This document shows, one piece after another, positions 1 to 9,171 of a stretch of DNA of 64,000 nucleotides (the stretch's first letter is position 1; each line of letters opens with the position of its first letter). The translations under genes were made by a program, and so were the position numbers. Origin of the DNA: a virus; the IMG/VR virus record IMGVR_UViG_3300036985_002246, positions 135,476 through 199,475 of that record; one strand, given 5' to 3'. The notes beneath the pieces are model-generated. The model did no database searches. It was not told where the DNA came from and saw only the letters and a list, made by a program, of their open reading frames with translations.

Positions 1-579
1 AAGGTCGGCGAGGTGATCGACACCGACTCGACTGGGGCCACCGTGAAGTTCAAGTCGGGCGGCGAAGGCGTGTTCCCGGACGCTCAGAAGCTCCGTGGCG
101 TCGGGATCTACAAGTACACGCCCCCCTTCGTCATGCAGGGCTCCCCGGCGCTGGAAATGGTCTACCTCGCCGAAGAGAAGGAGATCCGCGACGAGCAGAA
201 GGTGATCGTCGATCGGTATCTCTCGAACGGGAAGACCCAGACCCGCTCCGGCAACTACTACTCTGGCTACGCCTTCACGGCCAGCGTGAACCAGGGCGGC
301 CAGGTCTACTTCTCGGTCTTCCCCCAGCAGCGCGTCGAGGTGGACCCGGAGTCGGAGAGCGGCTTCCTCCCCCGCAGCTTCAACCCGACGAAGGGCCAGG
401 TGCTCTACATGGGCCTGCTCGGCAAGCGTCCGGTCGGCTGGAAGGACCAGTGGGCGGAGCAGGAGAACGCTGGGCCGGAGGGTGCAATGCACTCGGCCTC
501 GCTCCGCGCCAAGGTCATTCGGCTCGCCCATGCGAAGCCTGAGCTTCGGGCAGCCCTCCTCCCGCTCCTGAAGAAGTGA
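1..579 (+). CDS. Hypothetical protein, 5'-truncated, ending in the LRAKVIRLAHAKPELRAALLPLLKK peptide
   Basis: Frame is open from base 1 (track start 13); C-terminal peptide matches the N-termini of the ORFs at 19048, 19472 and 23042. Confidence 0.75.
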   Translation, partial: KVGEVIDTDSTGATVKFKSGGEGVFPDAQKLRGVGIYKYTPPFVMQGSPALEMVYLAEEKEIRDEQKVIVDRYLSNGKTQTRSGNYYSGYAFTASVNQGGQVYFSVFPQQRVEVDPESESGFLPRSFNPTKGQVLYMGLLGKRPVGWKDQWAEQENAGPEGAMHSASLRAKVIRLAHAKPELRAALLPLLKK

Positions 580-614
580 GTCTCACGGCCCTCCAGGTTG
601 AGGGCTGGCCACGT

Positions 615-625
615 CGGTAGAGTCC
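615..625 (+). promoter_or_regulatory. GGTAGAGT intergenic motif followed by a hairpin
   Basis: Same octamer is intergenic at 7997, 34535 and 49408, with a variant at 6013. Confidence 0.45.
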
Positions 626-655
626 CCCGGAGGCACCAACCTCTGGAGGACTCGT

Positions 656-1852
656 ATGGCCGCTGAGACTGCTGAGATCCAATTCGCCACTGGGACGTTC
701 CAATCGTTCCGGGCTGTCGCGAAGATTCACCTTGGGAAGATCGCGACGGACGTTCGCGAGGGCGACATTATCCAGTTCGACGGTCAGACGATCAAGCTCG
801 GGGGCGTGGACCACTCCTACCCCGAGCTTCGAGCGGGTATCCGTGTCGGCTGGTTCGTCCCTGAGGCCGACAATATCTCGAACTACAAGCCCAAGCCCGC
901 CGACACCAACGTCCGGGCTGCCGTCGAGTCCAAGACCAAGGGGAAGAAGCAGGCGCTCCCCACAGTCTCCGACGACGAGAAGGACATGGGACCGGCCCGT
1001 GGGCGTCACGTCGTCAAGGCGGACGACCCCGACGAGGCCACTGAGGTCGCTTCCTTCAGCCGCGAAGTGAAGAACCAGGACGACCTGGAGCGCCCTGTCG
1101 GCCCCTCAATCCGGCGGACGGCAAGCGAGCAGAAGACCGACTCTGTCGGCAACGAGGACGCAAGGCCGGTTGGCAAGGTCCGGACCCCTGCGGTCATGAA
1201 GACCGTCGTGTCAGACGGCACCCAGGCTGCCCGTGAGGCAGCCAGGCTCGACAACGCTCCCCCTCCTCGTGCGATCCTCAACACGCCCAAGGGTGCGATC
1301 CATGCGGCGGAGGCTGAGAAGGTCGAGTCAATCCTCGACACTCTCAATCCTGAGGACCAGGCTCGTATCGTCCAGGAGCAGCGCAAGGCTCAGGCGCAGG
1401 CCGCTGCCAAGGCCGCTGCCAAGGTTGAGACAGCCGAAGAGGCTGCACCGAAGAAGGTCGAGCCCAAGGCTGCGAAGCCCGCCCAGGTCCCGGACGCGCC
1501 CCCTCCTATGACCCGTGAGCAGCAGATCGCCGCTGCCCGCCTCCTCCTGGCTGAGGAGGACGCTCGGGTCGCCGCAGCGGCAGCACCTCCCAAGGCTGCC
1601 GCCCCCAAGGCTGTGCCGCCCAAGAAGAAGGCACCGACCTCAATCGAGCAGATCGTGATCGAGGGCACCGACCTCGACCTGGGTCACGGCGTCAAGTGGG
1701 ACAAGACCCTCCACTGGCGGACCCGAGCGAAGATCGCTGCTGAGCAGTACGGGACCAATCAAGTGGTCCTGGAAGCTATCCGGGCAGTCGAGGCTCCGGC
1801 GGTGGTGGCTCTCATTGCAGAGCGCCTCGCTGCGATCCACCCGACCGCCTGA
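656..1852 (+). CDS. Hypothetical protein with Ala/Pro/Lys-rich linker between two globular ends
   Basis: ATG preceded by GGAGG; GC-rich codon usage; AAPK-type low complexity. Confidence 0.8.
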   Translation: MAAETAEIQFATGTFQSFRAVAKIHLGKIATDVREGDIIQFDGQTIKLGGVDHSYPELRAGIRVGWFVPEADNISNYKPKPADTNVRAAVESKTKGKKQALPTVSDDEKDMGPARGRHVVKADDPDEATEVASFSREVKNQDDLERPVGPSIRRTASEQKTDSVGNEDARPVGKVRTPAVMKTVVSDGTQAAREAARLDNAPPPRAILNTPKGAIHAAEAEKVESILDTLNPEDQARIVQEQRKAQAQAAAKAAAKVETAEEAAPKKVEPKAAKPAQVPDAPPPMTREQQIAAARLLLAEEDARVAAAAAPPKAAAPKAVPPKKKAPTSIEQIVIEGTDLDLGHGVKWDKTLHWRTRAKIAAEQYGTNQVVLEAIRAVEAPAVVALIAERLAAIHPTA

Positions 1853-1921
1853 CCGGGTCCGTCTCGGTTTCTCGCGGATAGGACGTGGTAGTACGAAGCA
1901 GCCTTCGCTGCCTGTACACCC

Positions 1922-2644
1922 ATGAACAGAACCAAAAGAGCCTCCAGTCAGGTCGCCTGGTCACTCCTCACTGAGGGTGTGACTCAGGCCCGCGTGGACA
2001 TTCACCGTCTGCGGCTCATGTTCGACCGAGCCCAGGTGCTGGTGGAGGAGTCCACGCAGCGGGACCACCTCTACTCGGTGGCGGGCGACATGATTGAGGG
2101 TCTTCCGGACACCCTCTCCTCCGTGGAGAGGGCGCTCGACCGGACCTCCTACGCGCTCGCTGTCATGGGTGAGGACTTCCTCCGCAGCAGGCTCACGTTC
2201 GACGACCGTGTCCGGGTGGACAGGGCCACGACGACCTCTCCCTTCTCGTCAAACCGGCAGAAGGAGTCGATCGAGGCCCGTGTGGCTCGTCGCTTCATTC
2301 AGGCTCAGAAGGGTGTGGCTCCGAGCGCGGAGCCCTACTTCTTCCACAACCCTGAGTTGCATGAGGTCCGGCAGTTCAGCCGGTCCAACGCCCCCTCGAA
2401 CATTCCTGCCGTCGCCGTCAACGCGGTGAAGGACCTGGACTCCTCTGAGCGGACGGTCGGTGAGGCCCGCCGAGAGGTCAAGAACGCCCCTCCGGTCCCG
2501 ACGAAGATCGACCAAATGCCCGGTGGCAAGGAGTTCTCCACGCTCAACCGCTACCTCGTGAGGACCGTGCAGCCTGGGGTGCGTGGTGTTCCGGAAGGCC
2601 ACGACGAGGTTCGCAAGCACCCCAAGCCGAAGGGGAACCTGTGA
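1922..2644 (+). CDS. Hypothetical protein, helical N-terminus, carries ARVARRF motif
   Basis: 240-aa ORF, ATGA overlap with the next gene. Confidence 0.75.
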   Translation: MNRTKRASSQVAWSLLTEGVTQARVDIHRLRLMFDRAQVLVEESTQRDHLYSVAGDMIEGLPDTLSSVERALDRTSYALAVMGEDFLRSRLTFDDRVRVDRATTTSPFSSNRQKESIEARVARRFIQAQKGVAPSAEPYFFHNPELHEVRQFSRSNAPSNIPAVAVNAVKDLDSSERTVGEARREVKNAPPVPTKIDQMPGGKEFSTLNRYLVRTVQPGVRGVPEGHDEVRKHPKPKGNL

Positions 2645-3219
2645 TGCCCCGGAACATTTCCAACCTCAACGGGTACACCTCCGAGCGGCAGCTTTCGATC
2701 TTCCACAAGGGCGACTCCATGCCCATGAAGATCGACCGGGCCATGGCGCGACATGGCTGGCCCGGAGGTACGTTCGTTCGCTGGGTGGACGACGGCACGG
2801 GCGACCCCTGCGTCACGATCGCTGACGGTCGCTACTGCGGGTTCACCCCGTGGGGCTCGAACGAGCCTGCGGACCAGTACACGTCGATCACACAGACGAA
2901 CCCGACGTACCGGTACATTACCCTGTTCTTCGGTGGCAACTTCGTCGCCACCACGACCTTCGAGACGCAGACCTACAAGGCCCGTCACGGCTTGACCCCG
3001 CCCACGCCTCTCGTCTACGCCCCACAGGACTTCCTGTACGTCAGCGAGAACGGGATCATTACCAATCAGGACGAGAGCAACCCGCTGGTGAACCCCGGTG
3101 GTCTGTTCCCTGACGGCACCCCAATCCTCGTGCCGTTCCTGTACTTCGGCCTGTGCGCTGTGCCCCCGAGCACCGCGACCGACGGCAAAATCTTCGTACA
3201 GACGAACGTCGGAGTCTGA
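2644..3219 (+). CDS. Hypothetical beta-rich protein, possibly virion-associated
   Basis: ATG overlaps the upstream TGA; typical codon usage. Confidence 0.7.
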   Translation: MPRNISNLNGYTSERQLSIFHKGDSMPMKIDRAMARHGWPGGTFVRWVDDGTGDPCVTIADGRYCGFTPWGSNEPADQYTSITQTNPTYRYITLFFGGNFVATTTFETQTYKARHGLTPPTPLVYAPQDFLYVSENGIITNQDESNPLVNPGGLFPDGTPILVPFLYFGLCAVPPSTATDGKIFVQTNVGV

Positions 3220-3221
3220 CC

Positions 3222-4814
3222 ATGAGCGGGCCGTCCCGACAGGCAGGACACGCTGCCCCGGCGGGCGAACTCTTCGGGGTTCGCACCGTCGTGGACGAGA
3301 AGCCTGCCAAGGGGATCGACGACCCTCTCGGCGACACGATCTACCACTCCCCAGGTGAGTCTCCGAAGTCTGACCGTGAGCGGGCCAAGCCGCAGCGGAC
3401 GGACACCAGGGAGAACCTCGACAAGGACCCGCCGGACCCGCCGGTCTTCAACACCCCCGGCCCCTCTGTTCCCATGCGGGACAGGGACACCCGGACGCCT
3501 GGCGACCCAGACCAGAGCGACAAGATCAAGGTCCGCACGCCCAGCGTCCCCGGTGAGGAGTACGGCCACCCCTACAAGGACAACGTCTACCCTCGCCGCA
3601 CCGACGGGGAGGGTGGTCCGAAGCCCTCACACACGGCCTCTGACTCCGACTTGAGTGAGGAGGAGGAGTTCCGGCTGGCTGGGCTCTTCCCCTCGTACTC
3701 GAAGCGGCAGCACAAGCAGCGGGGCCAGGCGAAGCGGTACTATCAGAAGTACTACCGGCGGCACAAGGGTCGGATCAAGACGAAGGCCAAGCGCCGGTAC
3801 AAGAAGGTCCGCAACAGTCCGAGCTTCAAGCGGCAGCGCAAGCTCCGGAACAACCCCAAGTACAAGAGCCGCTTTCGCAGGCTCCCGGCTGGGGGGGTTC
3901 ACTCGACGACTGAAATGGCGGACAGGCACCGCAAGCACGCCTCTGAGCCGCTCACCTTCTTCCACTCGGTCTTCGGGTGGGGGGACATTACGGACTTCTC
4001 TGAGGAGGGTGTGGTAGTCCACCTCGACGGCGAGGAGGAGGAGTGCCTCACGATCCCGATCTCCCTGTTCGTGAGGGGCGTCGTCTTCGACTCGGAGGAG
4101 GACACAGACTCCTTCTTCGACACTCTCGACGAGGTGTACGGAACACCTGACCCACGGGCCGTCGCTGCCACCTTCTACCGGGAGGTCTACACGCCCGGCT
4201 GGAACATGGACCCAGGGCAGGGGGCGCAGAATCTCGGCCTCCCAGGTCCGGAGAGCCCGATCGTGGACTCCCTCGAAGAGGAGCACGACGACCGGGCTCC
4301 AGGGCACAAGCTCGACATTCGCGAGTTCGACGGTGGCGGCGGCTCGGCCAAGGTCATTCCTTCGGGCCATGACTTCGCCAACAAGGAAGCCCACGGCCCC
4401 TCCGCCATTCGGGTCGCCAAGCGGCTCGCTGAAATGCTCGACGGCACCTCGAATGAGGTCCTTCAGCGGTCCACCTCGATCAAGCCGAAGGGGAAGCGGT
4501 TCGACCCGAAGAACTCAATGTTCACGTTCAGCGTTCCCGGCTCGGGTGGTGACTCCTACGTCGTGCGGATCAAGGCACTTCGCAAGGGCAACGTCACGAA
4601 GCTCTCGAAAATGGACCTGCTGGTGTCATGCTCGTGCGACTTCTGGCGGTGGCAGGGTCCAGAGCATTGGGCGAAGGTTGAGAGCTACCTCTACGGGAAG
4701 CCTCGTGGGACGGCCTCCAAGCCCGACATGAAGGACCCCTCCGGAGACCACCGTCTCTGCAAGCACGCAGCAGCCTGCCTTCGCTCGGTCAAGGGTTGGG
4801 AGCTTTCGAGGTAA
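3222..4814 (+). CDS. Multidomain protein with a very basic patch and a C-terminal SWIM-type zinc finger
   Basis: VSCSCDFW...HRLCKH fits the CxC...CxH SWIM signature; K/R-rich stretch around 3700-3890; ATG 3222 preferred over track start 3153. Confidence 0.75.
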   Translation: MSGPSRQAGHAAPAGELFGVRTVVDEKPAKGIDDPLGDTIYHSPGESPKSDRERAKPQRTDTRENLDKDPPDPPVFNTPGPSVPMRDRDTRTPGDPDQSDKIKVRTPSVPGEEYGHPYKDNVYPRRTDGEGGPKPSHTASDSDLSEEEEFRLAGLFPSYSKRQHKQRGQAKRYYQKYYRRHKGRIKTKAKRRYKKVRNSPSFKRQRKLRNNPKYKSRFRRLPAGGVHSTTEMADRHRKHASEPLTFFHSVFGWGDITDFSEEGVVVHLDGEEEECLTIPISLFVRGVVFDSEEDTDSFFDTLDEVYGTPDPRAVAATFYREVYTPGWNMDPGQGAQNLGLPGPESPIVDSLEEEHDDRAPGHKLDIREFDGGGGSAKVIPSGHDFANKEAHGPSAIRVAKRLAEMLDGTSNEVLQRSTSIKPKGKRFDPKNSMFTFSVPGSGGDSYVVRIKALRKGNVTKLSKMDLLVSCSCDFWRWQGPEHWAKVESYLYGKPRGTASKPDMKDPSGDHRLCKHAAACLRSVKGWELSR

Positions 4815-4822
4815 CGTCTCCC

Positions 4823-5206
4823 ATGCCCACCTACGACTACGAGTGCCCCAAGTGCGAGTCGAGCTTCGAGCGAGTGCTCCCGCTGGCTCAGTACCGAGAC
4901 CCCCAGACCTGTGAGACGTGCGGGGAGATTGCGACGAAGGTCATGTCCCCGGTCAACTTCGTGCTCAAGGGCGACAACTGGGCGTCGAAGGCCAATCGGA
5001 TCAGCGGGCAAATGGCTCAGAAGAACCGCAAGCTCGACGCCAAGCAGGCAGAGAGAAAGCGGTCCATGCCCGGCGTCACCCTCGTGCCCAACGTCAACGG
5101 GGAGCGCGTTGGCTCCTGGTCGGAAGCTCAGAAGCTCGCGGCCTCGAAGGGCAAGAACGCCGAGTCCTACGCTCCGAAGGTCCGCAAGGAACAGGCGAAG
5201 CAGTAG
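4823..5206 (+). CDS. FmdB-family zinc-ribbon protein
   Basis: N-terminus MPTYDYECPKC...CETCG is the MPxYxYxCxxC pattern; GAGG SD upstream. Confidence 0.8.
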   Translation: MPTYDYECPKCESSFERVLPLAQYRDPQTCETCGEIATKVMSPVNFVLKGDNWASKANRISGQMAQKNRKLDAKQAERKRSMPGVTLVPNVNGERVGSWSEAQKLAASKGKNAESYAPKVRKEQAKQ

Positions 5207-5240
5207 GTACGCAATAGATCCCCGGTAGGAGAACCTCTAC

Positions 5241-5999
5241 ATGACCCGCCAGCGAGACATTCCCTCCATTCAGTACCGGAGCCAGGGCCAGATCAATCTG
5301 ACCCTCCCGAAGGCTCCGGGGATCGACTTCTACGAGGTCCGTGGCGCGGCACGCCTGAATGACGCCTACGGGGCGGTCGCTGGCGTGCCTGGGTTCGGGG
5401 CGAACCCAATGTTCCGGATTCCCTGCGGAGGGGACTTCCGCTCGAAGGCGATCCAAATGAAGCGGCTCCCAGCCGTCGAGGAGTCGCAGCGAGGTCTGTC
5501 TCGGGCGGTCTATGACCCCGACGACTTCGCCACTCCGATCGTGGCAGGGGCGACCTACCTCCCGAGCGACGAGGTGACGGCGTACCTTCGTGTGGCCGCG
5601 TTCGACCGTGCGACCAACGCCTTCCTGCCCGAAGGTCCGATCCTGATTGTGCCACCCTACGACTTCTTCTCGACGAAGGAGCCGATCTTCACGCTCACAG
5701 GGGTTGCGCCCAATCTCGGTATCGGGGCGTTCCCCCCGAACCTCCCGGACACTCTGCCCCCGTCGGTCATGAACTTCCTGCTGCCCTCGTACAGCATGAC
5801 GCTCTCGATCGTGAACCTCGACCCTGTGGTCGGTGGGAAGCCTATCTTCGTGGGATTTCACCCAGGTATGCCTCCGACCGTCGTCATGCCTGGGGACGAG
5901 ATCGGGCTCACGGGCGCTGGTTCCCCTGAGTTCTTCATTGCCAGCCCGAACGGGAACCCCTGGTTCACAATCCGAGTCGCGGTCGCAAACAGCGCCTAA
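5241..5999 (+). CDS. Hypothetical protein, probable virion structural protein
   Basis: GGAG SD; Pro/beta-rich; structural context. Confidence 0.7.
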   Translation: MTRQRDIPSIQYRSQGQINLTLPKAPGIDFYEVRGAARLNDAYGAVAGVPGFGANPMFRIPCGGDFRSKAIQMKRLPAVEESQRGLSRAVYDPDDFATPIVAGATYLPSDEVTAYLRVAAFDRATNAFLPEGPILIVPPYDFFSTKEPIFTLTGVAPNLGIGAFPPNLPDTLPPSVMNFLLPSYSMTLSIVNLDPVVGGKPIFVGFHPGMPPTVVMPGDEIGLTGAGSPEFFIASPNGNPWFTIRVAVANSA

Positions 6000-6013
6000 C
6001 GCAGATTGGGTCC

Positions 6014-6041
6014 GGTAGAGGGTCTATCGTGGACCCTCTAC
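6014..6041 (+). terminator. Intergenic hairpin GTAGAGGGTC/GACCCTCTAC
   Basis: 10-bp perfect inverted repeat between the genes ending at 5999 and starting at 6113. Confidence 0.5.
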
Positions 6042-6112
6042 GGAGAGGGCTTCGGGCTCTCACATTTCACCCCCGTTCTCTGCGGCGGGTCCATTCTCAG
6101 GGAGACAAGACA

Positions 6113-6793
6113 ATGCCGTTCATCTGCAAGCGCCGTAGTGACATCCAGAATGGGATCCTCCAGGTCACTGACCTCTGGCCCAACGCCAGCCAGCGGAACC
6201 AGTCGATCGACCCGCAGCCCCAGGGTCCCCGCTACGTCAGCGCCCCGGTGACCAACACGGTCGTCCTGAGCAGCACGGGCGCGACCCAGCGGTACCTCGC
6301 GACGGCCCAGTCGGGCCTCTCGGCGTACCTCGTCGCCAACGTCGATGTGGCTGGCCCCGCGCTCACGCCCGCCCAGGCGGACGTGGCCTCGGCAGCCCTG
6401 ATCGCTGCCATGCAGGCAGGCGCGGTCCTCAACCTCGCGGCGATCAACGTGATCCTCAACGCGGCTGCGGCAGGTGCAACCCTCACGGGTGGTACCTCGA
6501 CCGGTGCGGTCATGGACGTGCTCCGGATCCTCTCGGGCGCGACCTACACAGTCCCGGCTGGCACGGTCGTTCAGGTCGTCGTCTCGACGTTCAACCCCCA
6601 GGCGACCCCTGCGGTGTGGAACGCGAACAACTTCGACTTCAACGCCTACCACGACATTCTCGTGAGCGACTCGTCGTTCTACATCTCGCTCGCTCAGGGC
6701 CAGATCAACGGCTTCTCGTCGGCTTCGTTCATGTACCTCGGGACGGCGGGCGCGGCGCTCGTCGTGTACGACAACACGGGTGCAGTCCTCTGA
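6113..6793 (+). CDS. Virion protein paralog 1 (MPFICKRRSDIQ...)
   Basis: GGAG SD at 6101, ATG 6113; strong similarity along its length to 6862..7911. Confidence 0.8.
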   Translation: MPFICKRRSDIQNGILQVTDLWPNASQRNQSIDPQPQGPRYVSAPVTNTVVLSSTGATQRYLATAQSGLSAYLVANVDVAGPALTPAQADVASAALIAAMQAGAVLNLAAINVILNAAAAGATLTGGTSTGAVMDVLRILSGATYTVPAGTVVQVVVSTFNPQATPAVWNANNFDFNAYHDILVSDSSFYISLAQGQINGFSSASFMYLGTAGAALVVYDNTGAVL

Positions 6794-6798
6794 GTCCT

Positions 6799-6823
6799 GG
6801 AGGGACCTGATTCTCAGGTCCCT
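6799..6823 (+). terminator. Hairpin AGGGACCTGA/TCAGGTCCCT between the tandem paralogs
   Basis: 10-bp perfect stem just after the stop at 6793. Confidence 0.5.
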
Positions 6824-6861
6824 TGCAGGTCTTGGTATCCTGCAACGCAAAGGGAAGTGGG

Positions 6862-7911
6862 ATGCCTTTTATCTGCCTCCGGCGCTCGGACATTCAGGAC
6901 GCGGTTCTTCAGATCACTGACCTCTGGCCCAACGCTTCGCAGCGGAACCAGAGCATTGATCCGCAGCCGCAGGGTCCACGCTACGTGGACGGGCCGAAGA
7001 CCTCTTCGGTGATCCTGAGCAGCACAGGTGCAACGCAGAGGTACCTCGCGCAAGCGCAGGTTGGCCTCGCCGCGTACCTGATCGCGAACGTGGAGGCCGC
7101 CAATCTGGCGGCCCTCACGCCCGCTCAGGCCGACACGATCGCTGCCTCCCTGATCGCCACAATGCGGGCGGGTGGGACGCTCAATCTCGCGGCGATCGAC
7201 GCGGCCCTCTCCACGACTGCCGGTGTGGCTGCGACCGCCACCCTGACGTTCGGTGGTGCCCCGGTCAACGGCGAGACCGTCACGATCAACGGCAAGGTCT
7301 ACACCTTCCGAGCGGTGATCAACGGGGCCTCTGTCAACGGTGACGTGCTGAACGACGCTCTGGCGGCCAACGCCATTGCGAACCTCGTCGCTGCGATCAA
7401 TCTCGGTGCGGGTTCCGGCGTCAAGTACGCCGCCGCCATGACGCTCCACCCGACGGTGTCCGCAGCCCCTGGGCTTCTTCCTGAGATCCTGGACGCGACG
7501 GCCAAGTTCCTGGGCGCAGCAGGCAACCTGCTCACGAACGCGACGAACGTCACGCTCGGCGTCTGGGCACCTGTCGGGTTCTTCGGTTCGGGCCTGGACG
7601 CCTCCCTGACCGGCGGTGCCTCGACCGGGACGGTCCTCGACGTGCTTCGGATCCTCGCTGGTGCGACCTACACGGTGCCCGCAGGGACCGTCATTCAGGT
7701 GCCCGTCTCGACGTTCAATCCTCAGCCGACCCCTGCGGCGTGGAACAGCGCGAACTTCTCGGACTTCAAGGACGTTCTGGTCTCGGACTCGTCGTTCTAC
7801 ACCAGCCTCGCGCAGGGTCAGATCAGCGGCTTCCTGTCGCCCCAGTTCAGCTACCGGGGCGTCACGAGCCCGGCGCTCACTGTGTACGACAACGCTGGCG
7901 CAGTTCTCTGA
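6862..7911 (+). CDS. Virion protein paralog 2 (MPFICLRRSDIQ...) with a ~123-aa inserted domain
   Basis: Aligns to 6113..6793 apart from an insertion at about 7225-7600. Confidence 0.85.
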   Translation: MPFICLRRSDIQDAVLQITDLWPNASQRNQSIDPQPQGPRYVDGPKTSSVILSSTGATQRYLAQAQVGLAAYLIANVEAANLAALTPAQADTIAASLIATMRAGGTLNLAAIDAALSTTAGVAATATLTFGGAPVNGETVTINGKVYTFRAVINGASVNGDVLNDALAANAIANLVAAINLGAGSGVKYAAAMTLHPTVSAAPGLLPEILDATAKFLGAAGNLLTNATNVTLGVWAPVGFFGSGLDASLTGGASTGTVLDVLRILAGATYTVPAGTVIQVPVSTFNPQPTPAAWNSANFSDFKDVLVSDSSFYTSLAQGQISGFLSPQFSYRGVTSPALTVYDNAGAVL

Positions 7912-7932
7912 CCTGAGCCCATGAGGTCCTCC

Positions 7933-7978
7933 CCCCGCCGCTTCGGCAGCGGGGTCGAAGCCGCCGAAAGGCGGCTTC
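7933..7978 (+). terminator. Tandem hairpins with UUCG and GAAA tetraloops
   Basis: CCCCGCCGC-TTCG-GCAGCGGGG then GAAGCCGCC-GAAA-GGCGGCTTC, followed by TGCTTT. Confidence 0.6.
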
Positions 7979-8035
7979 TGCTTTGGCCCTCCACGGCGGT
8001 AGAGTCCAACGGCTCACCCAGGGAAGGCCGAAGCA

Positions 8036-8266
8036 TTGGACGACGCTCATTACCACACAAGCGATCTGTACTACGCAGCGTTCCTGCGTGTGGCAGGCGT
8101 CAAGTTCATTGAAACGACCCGTGACGGCACCCGGACTATCTTCGTCTTCGAGAACGCTGAGGGCATTCGAGACCTGAAGCGCGAGTACTTCAATCGAACG
8201 GCCAAGGTAGGCGCACTCGACTACGCCGACCAGGTTCGCAGCATGAAGGCCATGATCCACCTGTAG
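8036..8266 (+). CDS. Small protein resembling DUF5659 (possible small DNA-binding fold)
   Basis: YHTSDLYYAAFL...IFVFE pattern; TTG start after GGGAAGG. Confidence 0.6.
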   Translation: MDDAHYHTSDLYYAAFLRVAGVKFIETTRDGTRTIFVFENAEGIRDLKREYFNRTAKVGALDYADQVRSMKAMIHL

Positions 8267-8305
8267 CGGGCCGCCTAGCTCCGCTATAGGCCGCTTCGGA
8301 TAGAG

Positions 8306-8674
8306 ATGGCTGTAGACGCTTACATCAACGAGCCGTTCATCTTCCAGACCCTCTTCGTGGATCCGGAAGGTGCGCCCGTTCTCGTCCTCAGCCCGAATAT
8401 CACAATCTTCCGCATGGACCCGCTGACCGGGGACGAGATCCCCATGGTGGTCGCAGGTCCCATGTCCCCTGTCTTCCCCCCGGAGCCAGGCCGGTTCGTC
8501 TTCCCGTATGTGATCCCGGCCACACTGCTCGACGGGGACACCCTCTACGCTGAGACACGGGCCACAGACCCGGTGACCCTCTACGTCACTATCTCGAACG
8601 AGACCCTCAACGTCAAGTCACGAGCCAGCAGCCCAACCGCCTGCGCTGGCCTCAACGCTAGGTTCGTGAAGTGA
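8306..8674 (+). CDS. Hypothetical Ig-like virion protein
   Basis: Beta-rich 122 aa, structural context. Confidence 0.65.
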   Translation: MAVDAYINEPFIFQTLFVDPEGAPVLVLSPNITIFRMDPLTGDEIPMVVAGPMSPVFPPEPGRFVFPYVIPATLLDGDTLYAETRATDPVTLYVTISNETLNVKSRASSPTACAGLNARFVK

Positions 8675-8728
8675 GCCAGGCGTCCGGACAGGACGTGACC
8701 GGCAGACTCCCGCCTCCGGGGGTCCGTC

Positions 8729-9106
8729 ATGGTTGAGTTCAACAAGATCATCACGATCCCCACCGGGGGCGGAAACCCCGCTGCCCCAGGTCCAGGGGAC
8801 TCTGTCGTCCTGAACATTGCCTCCCTCACGGTCGCGGGGCGGTACATTATCCGGGACTTCCAGCAGCCCCTGACAGGGCCGCTGAACGGCTTCAACACGG
8901 TCTTCACGACCGCGACCGCCTTCATTGCCTCAGGCCCCTCGAAGGAGTCGTTCTACCTGAACGGCGTGCTCCTTCTCCAAGGGGTCGGGAACGACTACAC
9001 GGTGTCAGAGTCCGGTGGGGTGGGCACTGGGTTCAACACCCTCACAATGGCCTTCGCCCCCAAGTCAGTGGACTGGCTGACGATCGACTACTGCCCGGCC
9101 CCGTAA
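8729..9106 (+). CDS. Virion protein with a phage Ig-like surface domain
   Basis: PLTGPLNGFNTVFT...FYLNG...NDYTV...APKSVDWLTIDY pattern common in phage surface proteins. Confidence 0.7.
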   Translation: MVEFNKIITIPTGGGNPAAPGPGDSVVLNIASLTVAGRYIIRDFQQPLTGPLNGFNTVFTTATAFIASGPSKESFYLNGVLLLQGVGNDYTVSESGGVGTGFNTLTMAFAPKSVDWLTIDYCPAP

Positions 9107-9171
9107 GCCCTGCCTCGACTGGCGGTGTTTCACCTATGCTGACGCCGGGATAACCCACCAGGAGTGTAGAC

